The position numbers and the translations under genes are program-made. The notes under the pieces were generated by a model. It was not told the origin of the DNA and did no database searches. It saw only the letters and a list, made by a program, of their open reading frames with translations. A stretch of DNA of 24,760 nt from Octopus sinensis. Lineage: Eukaryota. The stretch spans positions 1-24,760 of the forward strand of contig NW_021836334.1 of assembly GCF_006345805.1 (NCBI RefSeq), given 5' to 3'. Positions 22,061 to 24,760 of the stretch are shown in pieces (within the stretch, counting starts at the first letter, position 1; every line of letters begins with the position of its first letter).

Positions 22061-23123
22061 CTCCCGCCCAACCAGCGAGTAACAATATTCGAAACCTACA
22101 ACATTGCAAGGAATCACATTATGACCAGCGCTGTATAGCCACATTTAATAGTATTCTAAATGCATAAATAAATGTGTGCGTACACACATACACACACATA
22201 CACACACAGACATACACACATACATGAATAGTGTACTGATCCGCGAGGATTGCCTGAAGACATAAGACGTGTTTTAAAATGCTGTCTGAGTTGTTTTAGT
22301 CGATGAGTTCATTAACATTATATATACTGTTTATTAAATGATATAGCGACGAAAATATTTTGAAAAATTCATTTTGAATGTTGAAGTGACTCTCACGGTG
22401 TTTGTGTGTTTTTAATTGGCTTTTAAACACCTTCCACTATTGTTTTTCAGCGCACAATCTCAGATCAAGTCTCTTTCTATGCAAGTACATCTCCGTAATA
22501 ATATATATATATATATGTGCGTGTGTGTGTGTGTGTGTATAGCCACAAATACGTTCATACTAGCGTACATACAATCTTACACTCAGTTGTGTGTGTGTGT
22601 ATTTGTATATGTGTATGTGTATGTGTGTGCGAGTGCCTTTGTATATCTCCACAACAACAACTGTTTTCCGAAACAAGCCATTGAATTAATATATTTATTG
22701 TTATCTTACGGCGTAACGTTAAATCGTTTAATATGGCGATTGAAATGTCGGCGTTCAGAATTGGAACAGAAATGATTATTGCTTGTAGATTAAGCCTTTC
22801 TTTAATTTTTCATGAGACATTAATTTCTTTTGCCATTTTTATTATGAGATTGTTCTTATCTTTTGAATGGGCATGAAGCCAAATAGATTTGCGAAGAATT
22901 ATTCAAAAGAACTGTTTAAGGAAATGTTGTTGTATCAAGTATGGCTGCCGTACATCTTTGAACGTACAAAAACGCGCATTATACAATAGAAGAACAGCGA
23001 CGTCCAGGTGATTTTTTCCAAGTGTATATATGTTCATCATTTGTGTTTGTATGTATATATATATAAGTATATGTATGTATATATGTATATATATATATAT
23101 ATAATATATATATATAGAATATA

Positions 23124-24760
23124 TATGAGTTATACTTTCTTGTCCATGTTGTATTTTTCTACATACCTTAACATATATTCCAGGCGCCCCGTACCCCCTT
23201 TATCATTAATGTGAACACATATTCTTAATAATTGGTACGACTCTCTGTTTGTCTCTCTCTCTCTCTCATTTTTACTTTCTCTCTATCATCTTCTCTTTCC
23301 TCTGATCCTTTGGTCTAGTCTTCCACTACCCTCCTATTTCTTTGTCTCGCTCTGCACTCACAGGTCATTCTTCGACACCCATCCCTTCTCCTCTCTGATT
23401 CCTTCTTTCCTCTCTCTTCTCTCTCTTTGTGCGTTTTGTCCCCCCTTTTCTCTCTCTCTCTTTCTTTTCTTTCCCCTTCTCTGTCACGTGACTGTTGGCC
23501 GAAATCTGCCTTTCAGCTCCTGACCCTCGTCGTGTTAACATCGTTGTTCTTCGTCCGCCGCTATAAAGGCTTTTTCCAATGCGCCAGAGAAAAAAAATTT
23601 GTTTGCTTGTTATCAGTCGTAAGACACTTGTTATTTTCACCGTTAATGCTTCTGTATTTCATGTTTCTGTATTCCATTATTGTTTTTTTTTTTTTTTTTT
23701 TTTTTTAATTTTTTTTATATCTGTCCTTTTGTGCTTCCTGGTGTTCGTATGCATTCGATCCTTCTTCCAGGAAATCTACGCTTCCAGCTTAGTTTTTCTT
23801 GGAGGCTGGCCGCGATCTAGTAATCTCAAGAATTAATCAGCCGAAATTACTACGATGATCCGGTTCTTGACTGAAGACTGAGGGGTTCGAATGTCCTGTC
23901 CATGTTTATTGGTATCGTCTTCTATGAGTTATACGTTCTTTCCATGTTGTATTTTTTACATACCTTAACATATATTCCAGCGCCCCGTACCTCCCTTTAT
24001 CATTAATGTGAACACATATTCTTAATAATTGGTACGACTCTCTGCTTGTCTCTCTCTCTCTCTCATTTTTACTTTCTCTCTATTCATCTTCTCTTTCCTC
24101 TGATCCTTTGGTCTAGTCTTCCACTACCCTCCTATTTCTTTGTCTCGCTCTGCACTCACAGGTCATCTCTTCGACACCCATCCCTTCTCCTCTCTGATTC
24201 CTTCTTCTCCTCTTCTTCTCTCTCTTGTTGTGTGCGTTTTGTCCCCCTTTTCTCTCTCTCTCTTTCTTTTCTTTTCCCTCTTCTCTGTCACGTGACTGTT
24301 GGCCGAAATCTGCCTTTCAGCTCCTGACCCTCGTCGTGTTAACATCGTTGTTCTTCGTCCGCCGCTATAAAGGCTTTTTCCAATGCGCCAGAGAAAAAAA
24401 TTTGTTTGCTTGTTATCAGTCGTAAGACACTTGTTGTTTTCACACGTTAATGCTTCTGTATTTCATGTTCTGTATTCCATTATTGTTTTCTTTTTTTTTT
24501 TTTTTTTATATCTGTCCCTTTTGCTGTCCTGGTGTTCGTATGCATTCGATCCTTCTTCCAGGAAATCTACGCTTCCAGCTTAGTTTTTCTTGGAGGGCTG
24601 GCCGCGATCTAGTAATCTCAAGATTAATCAGCCGAAATTACTACGATGATCCGGTTCTTGACTGAAGACTGAGGGGTTCGAATGTCCTGTCCATGTTTAT
24701 TGTATCGTCTTCTATGAGTTATACGTTCTTGTCCATGTTGTATTTTTCTACATACCTTAA
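23124..24760. repeat. Head-to-tail tandem array of ~790-800 bp units (two complete copies plus the start of a third; continues beyond the window)
   Basis: tatgagttatac recurs at 23124, 23923 and 24713 (periods 799 and 790). The units align along their full length with mostly 1-2 nt indel differences. Confidence 0.97.

Noticed and set aside
22250-22290. CTGAAGA followed by a short stem
   Set aside because: No GAAA and no stems I or III.
24540-24665. 41-codon ORF in array copy 2 (MHSILLPGN...YYDDPVLD)
   Set aside because: Disrupted in copy 1 and no recognisable homology. The indels could be sequencing error, but there is no positive support.

Overview
AT-rich, almost entirely repetitive animal genomic DNA. 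The SINE families and extreme microsatellite density resemble octopus/coleoid cephalopod sequence (from recall, not database-checked). No host protein-coding gene can be identified with confidence, and nearly all supplied ORFs are microsatellite read-through. The window contains compound di-, tri- and tetranucleotide microsatellites, about 20 copies or fragments of three tRNA-derived SINE families (called A, B and C here), and two decayed RTE-clade LINE 3' fragments, one with C-terminal C2H2 zinc fingers. A tandem array of ~790-800 bp units starts at ~23124 and runs off the right edge. The most notable signals are non-coding: an essentially intact minimal type I hammerhead ribozyme at 3474-3515 (+), overlapped by a 15-bp inverted repeat that can sequester its core, and a second hammerhead-fold motif with a mutated core at 15718-15755 (-) in a ~170-bp island between long (AT)n tracts. 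Both resemble the minimal dimer-type hammerheads of Penelope-like elements and retrozymes. A few short candidate exons are listed at low confidence. All alignments and folds were done by eye.
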